Assembly (NCBI GenBank): GCA_030428255.1
Contig: JAUIBT010000018.1
Coordinates: forward strand, 18,378 to 82,377
DNA length: 64,000 nucleotides
Source: Alphaproteobacteria bacterium
GTDB taxonomy: Bacteria; Pseudomonadota; Alphaproteobacteria; UBA7985; JAUIBT01
Direction of reading: 5' to 3'
Positions 8,954 to 18,743 of this stretch are shown in pieces; position 1 is the stretch's first letter; each line of letters begins with the position of its first letter. A model generated the notes under the pieces. The model saw only the letters and a list, made by a program, of their open reading frames with translations, did not search any database and was not told where the DNA came from. A program made the translations under genes and the position numbers.

Positions 8954-10924
8954 ATGGCGAATCAGGATCTCAACACCGAAAACACGGGCGCAAACTTCAA
9001 GCCAACTCCCGCGCGCGATGCGCCGTTGAATGAGATTGGCTGGGTCGCAACGATCAAGCGCAACTTGTTTGCGGGGCCAATTTCCTGGGTGGCAACACCG
9101 GTATTGGCGTTCATCATTGTCTCCGTACTCACCCATGTGCTGTCCTGGGGCTTCTTGAAAGCAACCAACCACGGCGCCTCAAACCGAACCTGTCACCTGG
9201 CCGAGCGGACAAGCTTGCTGGCGAAAGGTGATATTGCAAACTTGGTGGCTGGTAAGCTGCTGTTATCAAAGAGCTATCAGAGCCAGGACGAGCGCTTGTT
9301 CTGGGTCGACCGGCAAACGCATTGGAGCCGGTTTGCGGCGTCCACCCTTGGTTTCGGGGCCAGTTATGATGAGTTGATGACCGCCGATATATTGGCGGAT
9401 CGCGACGTCTCGCGTGCCCTGTCCCAGCGTGCTGACATTCTCAGCACTATTCAAAAGGACATCGACTTCATTGAGCGCAACGCGGACCCAGAAGCAGTTG
9501 TCCATCCTGGCCTGGCCAAAGCGGTCGAGGGGCTTGATCTCTTGGCAGGCGCTGCGGCACTGAAGGCGGCGGTTGCTGCAATGGATCCGGCGGCCTTCGA
9601 AGCTGCGCGCTCCAAATTCGACGCTATGATCCATTGGGGCGAGGCCCACAATGGTGCGTGCTGGACCGTGGTAAAGCGGCGCTGGCAGCAGTTCCTTTAT
9701 GGCTTCTATCCTGCGGATCAGGTCTGGCGGGTTGCTGTGACCGGTCTACTGTTGCTGATGGGTGGCTTGTCCTTGCTGTGGCCAGGACGCAGCCAGACCA
9801 GCCGCAGCGTAACCGCTGGCGCTGTAGCACTAGGCATGGGCTTTGCCATCCAATCCGGCGCGGCGCTGAGCGGTTTTGGATTGGTGCTCGCCTACATCAT
9901 ACCGCTCATTTTGGCTCTGCTGTACGAAAACCTGTCAACCGGCAGGCGGGGACTAATCTTCTTCTTGGGATTCCCCTTCGCCGCCACTTGGCTGCTGATC
10001 CGCTTCTCACTTCCGCAAGCCATTACCTTAGTATCGTCCCCGGCAGAGTGGATATTGGGTTTGCTTGTCTTGGCGATTTGGGGATTGGTCTTCTGGCAGA
10101 GCCTGAAGACGCAGTCAGCGTCTAAGACCTTCAAGCCTTTGACCAACGCGATCTATCTGATCTTGGGGGCCTTGACCTTCTATATCTTCTTGACCGTACG
10201 GGTCGAACCGTCGGGCGATGAGCTGTCGGCTCTACAAAATTTGTTGGGCTCTTTGCGCCTCAGCGACGTGGAGGTGGATAATATCTGGGGTGGCTTGCTG
10301 GCGACCGCCGTCACTGGTCTGACCGGCATCGCGGTGTCCTTGCCGCTGGGCGTCGTACTGGCGCTGGGCCGTCGGTCGGACTTGCCGATCGTTTCAACCT
10401 TCTCTACCGGCTTTATCGAGTTTGTGCGCGGTGTGCCCTTGATCACCATTCTGTTTATGGCGTCTGTGCTGTTGCCCCTGTTCTTGCCCGAAGGCGTGAC
10501 TATCAACAAGTTGCTGCGTGCTCTCGTGGGCGTGTCGCTGTTTGCATCAGCTTATATGGCGGAGGTCATTCGCGGCGGTTTGCAAGGCCTAAGCAAGGGC
10601 CAAACCGAAGGCGCAGACTCTTTGGGCCTCAGCTTCTGGCAAACCCAACGCTTCATCATCTTGCCTCAGGCGTTGAAAATCTCAATTCCTGGCATCGTGA
10701 ACACCTTTATTGGCCTGTATAAGGATACCACCCTGCTGTCGATCATCGGGATTTTTGACCTGCTGGGCGTCGGTTCGCGGTCGGTCTTGCCGTCGCTTGA
10801 ATGGGCGCGGCTTGAGGCTGAGGTTTACGCCTTTATCGCCTTGTTCTTCTTCCTATCATGTTTCTTCATGTCCCGTTACTCCCAGCACCTAGAGCGGCGC
10901 TTGGCGACCGGCCACGACCATTAA
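8954..10924 (+). CDS. aapM: general L-amino acid ABC transporter permease (AapM/BztC) with a large N-terminal insertion
   Basis: GACW...QFLYGFYP, WGGLLAT, LALGRRS, IEFVRGVPLITILF, AYMAEVIRGGLQ, FIGLYKDT. AGGAG before ATG 8954. Confidence 0.9.
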   Translation: MANQDLNTENTGANFKPTPARDAPLNEIGWVATIKRNLFAGPISWVATPVLAFIIVSVLTHVLSWGFLKATNHGASNRTCHLAERTSLLAKGDIANLVAGKLLLSKSYQSQDERLFWVDRQTHWSRFAASTLGFGASYDELMTADILADRDVSRALSQRADILSTIQKDIDFIERNADPEAVVHPGLAKAVEGLDLLAGAAALKAAVAAMDPAAFEAARSKFDAMIHWGEAHNGACWTVVKRRWQQFLYGFYPADQVWRVAVTGLLLLMGGLSLLWPGRSQTSRSVTAGAVALGMGFAIQSGAALSGFGLVLAYIIPLILALLYENLSTGRRGLIFFLGFPFAATWLLIRFSLPQAITLVSSPAEWILGLLVLAIWGLVFWQSLKTQSASKTFKPLTNAIYLILGALTFYIFLTVRVEPSGDELSALQNLLGSLRLSDVEVDNIWGGLLATAVTGLTGIAVSLPLGVVLALGRRSDLPIVSTFSTGFIEFVRGVPLITILFMASVLLPLFLPEGVTINKLLRALVGVSLFASAYMAEVIRGGLQGLSKGQTEGADSLGLSFWQTQRFIILPQALKISIPGIVNTFIGLYKDTTLLSIIGIFDLLGVGSRSVLPSLEWARLEAEVYAFIALFFFLSCFFMSRYSQHLERRLATGHDH

Positions 10925-10981
10925 GGTCGGCGGCCCCGCCAACACCTCACAGTGCCCCTAGGACGCAAAAGGAATTATCAA

Positions 10982-11749
<768 letters not shown>

Positions 11750-11836
11750 TGCAATGATTGGGCTACCTTTCGCTAGCCTCCGCGTGTTGCGGGCGGCCTG
11801 GGGCAGGGGTCCGCAGAGCGCGCAGAGCGTCCCAAT

Positions 11837-13204
11837 ATGACCAGCGCCGACCCGCCCCAAAACCCGCCCTTACCTTGGCTCTTGAAGGCCGGCTATGGGC
11901 TGGGCGATTTGGGTATTAATATCTTTGTAATCGTCAAAAGCCTGCTGGTTTTTGACTTCATGACCGCCTACTTGCAGGTGGATCCGGCGACGGCAGGCCG
12001 TTTGACCGCGTTGGTGCTGGTTTTTGACATTCTCACAGACCCGTTGATTGGCTGGCTGTCTGATCGTAGCCGCACGCCCTGGGGGCGGCGCGCGCCCTTT
12101 ATGGTGTTGGGCGCTGTGGCCATGGCCGCCTTGCTGGTTTTAATGTTCCTGGTGCCCGCCAGTTTCAGCGGGCTGCCGGCCGCGCTTTGGGTCACGGGCT
12201 TCTTTGCCGCTGCTTCGGTCGGTTGGACCATGGTGGTCATTCCCTACAGCAGCCTGACGGTCGAAATGACCCAAGACCCGCAAGAGCGATCCAGCTTGAC
12301 CGCCTTTCGCATGGCCAGTGCTGCGGCTGGAATCTTGCTTGCAGGAGCGGTCTTCCCGGTTCTGGTTGCGTTGTTCGGCGGGCAGCGAGCCGGGTTTGCG
12401 CTCGCCATGCTGGCTTTTGCGCCCATTGCGGTCGCCAGCATCTGGTTGGCGGCCTTCGCAAGCTTGCAAGCCCCGCGTAGAGAACCGCCACCCAGCGCCG
12501 CTTTCTTGCAACAGCTTTCTGTGGTTATCAGCAATCCTCGTTTCGTCCTGTTGGTGGTGATCTATGGCCTTCAAACGCTGGCGATATTTTTCATCACGGT
12601 CGGTATTCCCCATGCGGCGCGCTATCTGACCTCCGAACCCGGGGACGCTCCCATCCCCGGCGCGCAAACGCTTTTATTTGCTGCCTTTGTTGTGGGGGCC
12701 ATGGCCTCGCAGCCGCTGTGGCTGACGCTCAGTAAGCGTTTTGGCAAGTCCCGGGTCTATCTGGTTGGCATGCTGGTCTACGCGGGTATGCTGGGGCTGT
12801 TTTTTAGCCAGCTTCCGGTCAGCTCCGCGCTGTTGTTGGCGCTCTTGGCCCTAGGCGTCGGCGTCACGAACGGCTGCTATCAGCAGTTGCCTTGGGCCAT
12901 GGTGCCCGACCTGATTGCCGAAACCAACGCTGCCTCAGGCCAGTCGGTTGAAGGCTTGGCCAACGCGGTCTGGCTGTTCGGCCAAAAGCTCGCGGGGGCT
13001 TTGGCGCCCCTGCTGTTTGGTGAGCTGCTGGCGGCATACGGCTTTCGAGCGAGCGAGGCTGGATATGTCGAGCAGCCCGACAGCGCGCTGATGGCTTTGC
13101 GCTTTGGCATGACAGCAATGCCGGGCTTGTTGCTGCTGGCGACCGTGCCAGCGTATGCGCTGCTGGCCGCTCGACTGCCAAGCCGCTCGGCTATGACAAA
13201 ATAG
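11837..13204 (+). CDS. MFS transporter, glycoside-pentoside-hexuronide (MelB-like) family
   Basis: DPLIGWLSDRSRTPWGRRAPF, IPYSSL..EMT, WAMVPD; about 12 hydrophobic segments. Confidence 0.85.
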   Translation: MTSADPPQNPPLPWLLKAGYGLGDLGINIFVIVKSLLVFDFMTAYLQVDPATAGRLTALVLVFDILTDPLIGWLSDRSRTPWGRRAPFMVLGAVAMAALLVLMFLVPASFSGLPAALWVTGFFAAASVGWTMVVIPYSSLTVEMTQDPQERSSLTAFRMASAAAGILLAGAVFPVLVALFGGQRAGFALAMLAFAPIAVASIWLAAFASLQAPRREPPPSAAFLQQLSVVISNPRFVLLVVIYGLQTLAIFFITVGIPHAARYLTSEPGDAPIPGAQTLLFAAFVVGAMASQPLWLTLSKRFGKSRVYLVGMLVYAGMLGLFFSQLPVSSALLLALLALGVGVTNGCYQQLPWAMVPDLIAETNAASGQSVEGLANAVWLFGQKLAGALAPLLFGELLAAYGFRASEAGYVEQPDSALMALRFGMTAMPGLLLLATVPAYALLAARLPSRSAMTK

Positions 13205-13242
13205 GTGTGCCAGCGCCACACAGGTCCGCACAAATGAGATCG

Positions 13243-13701
13243 CTATGACGCGCCGCCTGGCGTCACCGCAGCGCACGCCCAGCGGGCTTGCAAATCCTGC
13301 AGGCATGCCAAAGCAGCGAGCGCCTCGGATGCCGGAACAAACAAGTGATCATGGTGATAGCCAGCTACCGCGTTGCAGGGTAGGCCCTCGCTCCGCAGAG
13401 CCTCTGCGATCGCGGCCATCATGCCGATGGCTTCCAAGCTTGACGGCACCTCAAGCGTAATCTTGCGGCAGACAAAGCCCGCTTCCAGTTGGGCAGCGCT
13501 CGCCGCTGCAAGGGGTAAGATCAAGGTGGTTCCCTCTTCTTCCTCCAACGTCATCAGCGCCGCTTCGCGTTGCTCGGGGGCGGGGTCTGGCTGCCAGGTG
13601 AAACAATAGACATCGGGCGACAGGTTCGGCGAAAGCTGGGCCAAAAGCTGCCCAAGAACCACCAGGCCGCTGGGGCCCGCCTTCTCACCGCTAACCGTCA
13701 T
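13243..13701 (-). CDS. ACT-domain protein (ACT_3/ACT_7-like)
   Basis: LSPNLSPDVYCF, EEEGTTLI, ITLEVPSSLEAIGMMAAIA..L...G.PCNAVAGYHHDHLFV. ATGA overlap with the upstream kef gene. Confidence 0.85.
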   Translation of the reverse strand: MTVSGEKAGPSGLVVLGQLLAQLSPNLSPDVYCFTWQPDPAPEQREAALMTLEEEEGTTLILPLAAASAAQLEAGFVCRKITLEVPSSLEAIGMMAAIAEALRSEGLPCNAVAGYHHDHLFVPASEALAALACLQDLQARWACAAVTPGGAS

Positions 13702-15677
13702 GAAGCGCTGTCCTTAACGCGAGCCTGTGTTGCCTGCGGGCTTGGGGAAGGCTCCAGGCCGAGCGGCAACTCGGCGTCCTCGCCAAAGGCTGAAAAGTCA
13801 GCGCTTTCAAGCGGGTCCAATGCCAATTCAGGCCGGTGGTAGGCGCTGTCTTGGTGCAGAGCACGTTCAATCTGCTCTGAGGCACTGCGCGCGATGCTAG
13901 CAGCCGTCTTGTCGTCCAAGCCCTCAAGAGCCATAGCGTCGATCATTTTCATATCATGTCGCTCAAATGCCTGGGCACGACGGCGTGCGGTAAACGCCCT
14001 GAAACCCAAACTCGTTAGGATCGCTTGACCCATGAACATGGCCGATTGCAGGTATTGGCGAACAATGATGTCAGCTCCGGCTTGCTTGAGCTGGCGGTAG
14101 TGAAATCGGTCGGCAGCGCGTGCGATGACGGTCAGGTGGGGGTGAAGGCGTTTGACCTCCTCAACCAGGCGCGTCGCAGCGTCGGCGTCGCCGACGGCAA
14201 CGACCAGCAGCTCGGCCTTGGCGATGCCTGCCAGCTCCAGCAACTCGATCCGGGTCGCGTCGCCGTAGTAGACTTTGAAGCCGAATACCCGCATGCGGTC
14301 AATCTGTTCAGGATTGAAGTCCAGGATGGTTGTGGGAATGCGATTGGCAATCAAGAGGCGGCCGACCAGCGTACCAAAGGCACCGTAGCCCGCCAGGATC
14401 ACACGCGGCTCGTCATCCTCGATGTCATCGTGCTCCTTGGGGACCTGGACGCGATCAAACCAGGGCAGCAAGACTCTTTCATAGGCAATGAGCAGCAAAG
14501 GCGTCACCAGCATGGTCAGGGCGACAACGGCGGTCAGAAGCCCGGATATCTCCAAACCAAGAACGCCGTTTTGGGTGGCAAATGAAAACAGGACAAAGGC
14601 GAACTCGCCGCCTTGCGCAAGTGCCAGTGTAAAGAGCGCCAGTTGACTGCCGCGCAGGTCAAAACTGAAACCAACGCCCGCCAAGACCAGCAACTTGACC
14701 AACAGCAAGCCAAAGGTCAGGGCCAGGATCAGGAGCAGACTATCCAAGATCAAGGCAAAGTCGATTGACGAACCCACGGCAATAAAGAACAAGCCCAGCA
14801 GCAGGCCTTTGAAGGGCTGGATGTTATTCTCCAGCTCGTGGCGATATTCGCTGTCGGCCAGAACCACGCCAGCCAGGAAGGTGCCAAGCGCCATCGACAA
14901 GCCAAGCGCGCGCATCAGCAGAGAGATAGCCACCACCAAGAACAGCGTAAAGGCGGTAAACAGCTCGCGGCTTTGATGTTGGGCAATGATGCGAAATACA
15001 GGGCGCAGCAAAAAACGCCCTGCCAAAATTATGGCTGCGATCGAACCAAGCGCTGCGATGCCCTGTGCCCAGATCGGCAGGTGGGCGATGAGGCTGGTCG
15101 CGGTCTGGCCGCCGTGCTGGGCGGTCTCGTCGCCGATGTGCGGCAACGCCAAGCTCTCAGGCATGGCCAACAGCGGTAGAAGTGCCAGGATTGGGATGAC
15201 TGCCATATCTTGAAACAGCAGCACGGTGAAAGACGAACGTCCGCCCGGGCTGCGGGTCCAGCCTTTCTCCTCTAGCGACTGCATGACGATAGCCGTTGAC
15301 GACAGAGCCAAGATCATACCGATAGCCAAAGCAGTCTGCCATGCCAAGCCAGCGAACATACCAACACCCATCAGTGCTAAACTGGTCAGCGTGACCTGAA
15401 GCCCGCCCAAACCCAGGATCTTTCTGCGCAAGCGCCACAAGACCTGCGGCTGCAGCTCAAGGCCGATGAGGAACAGCATCATAACCACGCCAAACTCGGC
15501 AAAGTGCATGATGTCGTTTTGCGCTTCGCCGGTTAGGTTGAGCACAAAGGGCCCGATGACGATGCCCGCGCCTAGATAGCCAAGCACCGAACCAAGGCCA
15601 AAACGGCTGGCAAGCGGCACGGCCAAGACGGCGACGCTGAGATAAACGAAAGCGGCAAACAGCAAATCGTGGTCCAT
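13698..15677 (-). CDS. kefC: glutathione-regulated K+ efflux antiporter (KefB/KefC, CPA2) with TrkA-N domain
   Basis: GLGSVLGYL, AEFGVVMMLF.IGLE, LALSSTAIV, LFQDMAVIP, LAQGGEFAFV, ILAGYGAFG, YYGDATR. The track's upstream extension to 16025 overlaps kefF and is not used. Confidence 0.9.
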   Translation of the reverse strand: MDHDLLFAAFVYLSVAVLAVPLASRFGLGSVLGYLGAGIVIGPFVLNLTGEAQNDIMHFAEFGVVMMLFLIGLELQPQVLWRLRRKILGLGGLQVTLTSLALMGVGMFAGLAWQTALAIGMILALSSTAIVMQSLEEKGWTRSPGGRSSFTVLLFQDMAVIPILALLPLLAMPESLALPHIGDETAQHGGQTATSLIAHLPIWAQGIAALGSIAAIILAGRFLLRPVFRIIAQHQSRELFTAFTLFLVVAISLLMRALGLSMALGTFLAGVVLADSEYRHELENNIQPFKGLLLGLFFIAVGSSIDFALILDSLLLILALTFGLLLVKLLVLAGVGFSFDLRGSQLALFTLALAQGGEFAFVLFSFATQNGVLGLEISGLLTAVVALTMLVTPLLLIAYERVLLPWFDRVQVPKEHDDIEDDEPRVILAGYGAFGTLVGRLLIANRIPTTILDFNPEQIDRMRVFGFKVYYGDATRIELLELAGIAKAELLVVAVGDADAATRLVEEVKRLHPHLTVIARAADRFHYRQLKQAGADIIVRQYLQSAMFMGQAILTSLGFRAFTARRRAQAFERHDMKMIDAMALEGLDDKTAASIARSASEQIERALHQDSAYHRPELALDPLESADFSAFGEDAELPLGLEPSPSPQATQARVKDSAS

Positions 15678-16258
15678 CAGTCGCTCCCCTGTTTGCGTGA
15701 CGCACCGGGCCCCGCTGTCGCGCGTTGGTAATAGACCTTCGCCAACAGGTGGTCTCGATAGCCTTCGGCCGCCAATGCAAGCTGTGTGTCGTCCAGATGA
15801 CTTGCGTCTGGGATCAAAAAGGGGTCGCACCAACGAAGGCCCGCGCGCGTGGCGGTCAGGCGCAGCGGCAAGACCATCGCCTCTATCGCGGCGGATGGTT
15901 CTGAAGGAAGCTCCAGGGCGGCAAGGTTGTCGGCATAGCTGACGGCCAAACCAAAGGTCTTCCCGGACAGATCCAGCGGCTCTTGTGTCGTGCGACCTGG
16001 CTGCGGCAAGACCAGATCTTGCCATTCCTTAAGCAAGGATGGCGTCGAAAACCAATAGAGCGGAAATTGCAAAACAATGTGTTGATGCTCGCGAAGCAGG
16101 TCCTGCTCTCGACTGACATCGATGAAGAAGTCAGGGTAGGTTTGGTAGAGATCGTGCAAGGTGACTTGCTCCATCCCCGCGAGCGCCTGCAACAAGCGTT
16201 TATGGACGCGCGAATGCTCCAAAATTGGGTGAGCGAAAAGGATAAGAACAGATTCCAT
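15677..16258 (-). CDS. Kef ancillary NAD(P)H oxidoreductase (KefF/KefG, flavodoxin-like fold)
   Basis: ILFAHP, HDLYQTYPDFFIDV..EQ..L, QFPLYWFSTPSLLKEWQD. TGATG overlap with kefC. Confidence 0.85.
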   Translation of the reverse strand: MESVLILFAHPILEHSRVHKRLLQALAGMEQVTLHDLYQTYPDFFIDVSREQDLLREHQHIVLQFPLYWFSTPSLLKEWQDLVLPQPGRTTQEPLDLSGKTFGLAVSYADNLAALELPSEPSAAIEAMVLPLRLTATRAGLRWCDPFLIPDASHLDDTQLALAAEGYRDHLLAKVYYQRATAGPGASRKQGSD

Positions 16259-16483
16259 GTGCTAAGGTCGCTGTCTGTGCCCAGGAAGTCAAGGCCCGAT
16301 CAGGAAAGAAATCTGCTTGATTACAGGGCTTTATCCGGAATTTCTCAATCGATCACGCACTTCGGGCTCCTGGTGTTCAGTTGTGGGAGAGGACGGCGGC
16401 CGCTCACAGTCTGGCGTGGGCTCTTGCGTCGGCATGCAATCCTTGTCACTCTGGCAGGCCTTACATCACAATGAGCCTTCCAC

Positions 16484-16960
16484 ATGCGGTGTCCCTATTG
16501 CTCCAGCGAAAATACACAGGTCAAAGACTCGCGGCCGGTTGAGGACAACACCGCCATTCGCCGACGCAGAACCTGCCCGGTTTGCGAGCAGCGCTTCACC
16601 ACCTTTGAGCGCGTACAGCTTCAAGACGTGACGGTGATTAAGTCCGACGGCAAGCGGGAATCCTTTAACCGCGGCAAGCTTCGCCACTCGATCATGATTG
16701 CCTTGCGCAAGCGGCCGATCGACGAAGCGCGCTTGGACGACCAGCTATCCTTGCTGGTGCGTCAGCTCGAAATGAGCGGCGATGGTGAGGTGACCTCAAA
16801 GGACATCGGCAAACGCGTGATGGAAATGCTGGCGCGCTTGGATCCGGTCGGATTCGTGCGCTATGCCTCGGTCTACAACGACTTCCAGCAAGCCAGCGAT
16901 TTCACCCGCTTGCTGGAAAGCCTGGGTGGCAAGGCAAGCGACGACGCCAGCTCGTCCTAG
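16484..16960 (+). CDS. nrdR: transcriptional repressor NrdR
   Basis: MRCPYC...VKDSR...IRRRRTC..C..RFTTFER zinc ribbon; ATP cone; RYASVY. Confidence 0.96.
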   Translation: MRCPYCSSENTQVKDSRPVEDNTAIRRRRTCPVCEQRFTTFERVQLQDVTVIKSDGKRESFNRGKLRHSIMIALRKRPIDEARLDDQLSLLVRQLEMSGDGEVTSKDIGKRVMEMLARLDPVGFVRYASVYNDFQQASDFTRLLESLGGKASDDASSS

Positions 16961-17012
16961 CTGCCAGCCGGTACCAAGCCACCATACCAGGCCACCTTGC
17001 TAGCCCCTTTTG

Positions 17013-17840
17013 CTAGCCCAGGGTCTGCTTGAAGAAGTCCAGGGTCCGCTGCCAGGCCAGCGCCGCGTCTTCGGCATCAAAGCGCGCACCGGTCGGATTG
17101 GCAAAGGCGTGGTTGGCATCGTACCAGTGGGGCGTGAACAAATCCGCTTTGCCAGCTTGAGCCAAGGAGTCGGCGAAGCCAGCCACCATTTGCTCGTTGA
17201 TGTTGCGGTCCTGGGTGCCGAAATGGCCCAAGACGGGTGCGTTGAGGCTGGCAAGCTGATCTGCGCTCTTGGCCACGTTGCCGTAATAGATGACCGTTGC
17301 GTCCACCGGTGCGGCCAAGGCAGCGTTAAGCGACCAGCCGCCGCCAAAGCACCAGCCAATCGTGCCAACCTTGCCATTGGAGCGCGGGTGATTGCGTAGG
17401 TAGTCGATGGCCCCCACAAGCTGGGCTGTGGCGACATTGGGTTTAACAGCTCGGGTCAGGTCGCGCGCTTCTTGCGGCGTGCTGGCAACCTTTCCGCCAT
17501 GCAAATCAATGGCTAGCGCGACATAGCCCAGCGCGGCAAATTCTGCTGCCACCGCTTTGATTTGATCATTCAGGCCCCACCACTCGTGGATCAAGACCAA
17601 GGTTGGGGCTGGCCCGTTGCCGGTCGGTAGCGCCAGGGCACCGCTAAACTCGGTGCCATTGCTGCCCGTCATGGTCATCATCTCGGCGCGCATACCGGCT
17701 GCTTTGGCCAGATCGGGGAAAGCCAAGACACTGGCCAAGGGCAGCGAGGCCAACCCCGCCAAAAAAGCGCGCCTTTGTCCGTCGCTTACCACGATCGGCG
17801 GCATGTCCTTGGCGCTGCCGCAGCCGTCTAAATCACACAT
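17013..17840 (-). CDS. dienelactone hydrolase family protein
   Basis: IHEWWGLN, GWCFGG nucleophile, HFGTQD, HAFANP; Tat-like QRRAFL. GGAGG SD before ATG 17840. Confidence 0.9.
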   Translation of the reverse strand: MCDLDGCGSAKDMPPIVVSDGQRRAFLAGLASLPLASVLAFPDLAKAAGMRAEMMTMTGSNGTEFSGALALPTGNGPAPTLVLIHEWWGLNDQIKAVAAEFAALGYVALAIDLHGGKVASTPQEARDLTRAVKPNVATAQLVGAIDYLRNHPRSNGKVGTIGWCFGGGWSLNAALAAPVDATVIYYGNVAKSADQLASLNAPVLGHFGTQDRNINEQMVAGFADSLAQAGKADLFTPHWYDANHAFANPTGARFDAEDAALAWQRTLDFFKQTLG

Positions 17841-18053
17841 GTTGGAACCCTCCATTGGTTTCGATTACGATGGGCCCAGGCGTGCCCGAGCCTAGCAGAG
17901 ATCTAGGGCGAGCCGTGCCTAGGTCCAGCCCGGCCAAGCCTTTTCGCCCTGGTCGTCCAAGCCTCGTAGGTCTAAGAAGTAACTCGACAGACCAAAGCGA
18001 AGAAGTCACAAACCGGGGATGATCCCGAAACGCACCGCAGGAGAGCATGGACT

Positions 18054-18689
18054 ATGACCGCTAAACCGCTCATCGCCGTCATCGGGGCCGGCGGCCATGC
18101 AAAGGTCGTGATTGACGTGTTGCGCGCCCAGGGCTGGCAGGTCGGGGTAGCCTTGGTCACCGGAACAGACACGCAGCCGGTTGCCGCTTGCAATGGAGTA
18201 CCGGTGGACGTGGCAGACTGCGCACTACCCTGGCTAATCTCGAACGGCTTTCACGCCGCTTTTGTTGCAATCGGCGATAACGCGGCGCGCGCGCAAATCA
18301 GCCAAGAGCTGGGCGAGGGCGGCATAGACTTGCCGGGCGCAATTGATCCCCACGCTGTGGTATCACCGTCCGCCGCTGTTGCCGCGGGCGCGCTGATCAT
18401 GCCCGGCGCGGTGGTCAACGCCGAGGCACGGATCGGGCGCGGGGTCATAATCAACACCGGCGCTTGTATCGATCACGACTGCGACATCGGCGATTATGCC
18501 CACATCGCGCCCGCCTCAGCCTTGGCGGGGAGTGTTAGGGTCGGGCAGCTCAGTCTTTGCGGCGTCGGCTCGCGAATCATTCCCGGCGTGCAGTTGGGTG
18601 AGCGCGTCATTGTGGGGGCCGGAGCCGTGGTCACGCGCGATTTGCACGATGGGGTGCGAGTGGTCGGGGTGCCAGCACGCCGCCTCTAA
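18054..18689 (+). CDS. NeuD/PglD-like sugar acetyltransferase (hexapeptide repeat)
   Basis: GAGGHAKVV, VAIGDN..R, IINTGACIDHDC.IGDYAHIAP, GAGAVV, VGVPAR. Confidence 0.9.
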   Translation: MTAKPLIAVIGAGGHAKVVIDVLRAQGWQVGVALVTGTDTQPVAACNGVPVDVADCALPWLISNGFHAAFVAIGDNAARAQISQELGEGGIDLPGAIDPHAVVSPSAAVAAGALIMPGAVVNAEARIGRGVIINTGACIDHDCDIGDYAHIAPASALAGSVRVGQLSLCGVGSRIIPGVQLGERVIVGAGAVVTRDLHDGVRVVGVPARRL

Positions 18690-18716
18690 GGCAAGGGTGT
18701 GAGTTTTGCTTGCATA

Positions 18717-18736
18717 AATTAACCTTGGTGTTAATT
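18717..18736. promoter_or_regulatory. inverted repeat / operator candidate 7 bp upstream of the ArsR-cysD start
   Basis: AATTAAC-cttggt-GTTAATT in an AT-rich patch, flanked by TGCAT/ATGCA. Confidence 0.55.
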
Positions 18737-18743
18737 AAAATGC

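Noticed and set aside
15678-16025. 116-aa N-terminal extension of KefC in the ORF track
   Set aside because: Overlaps the real kefF/G gene in another frame; ATG 15677 forms a TGATG couple.
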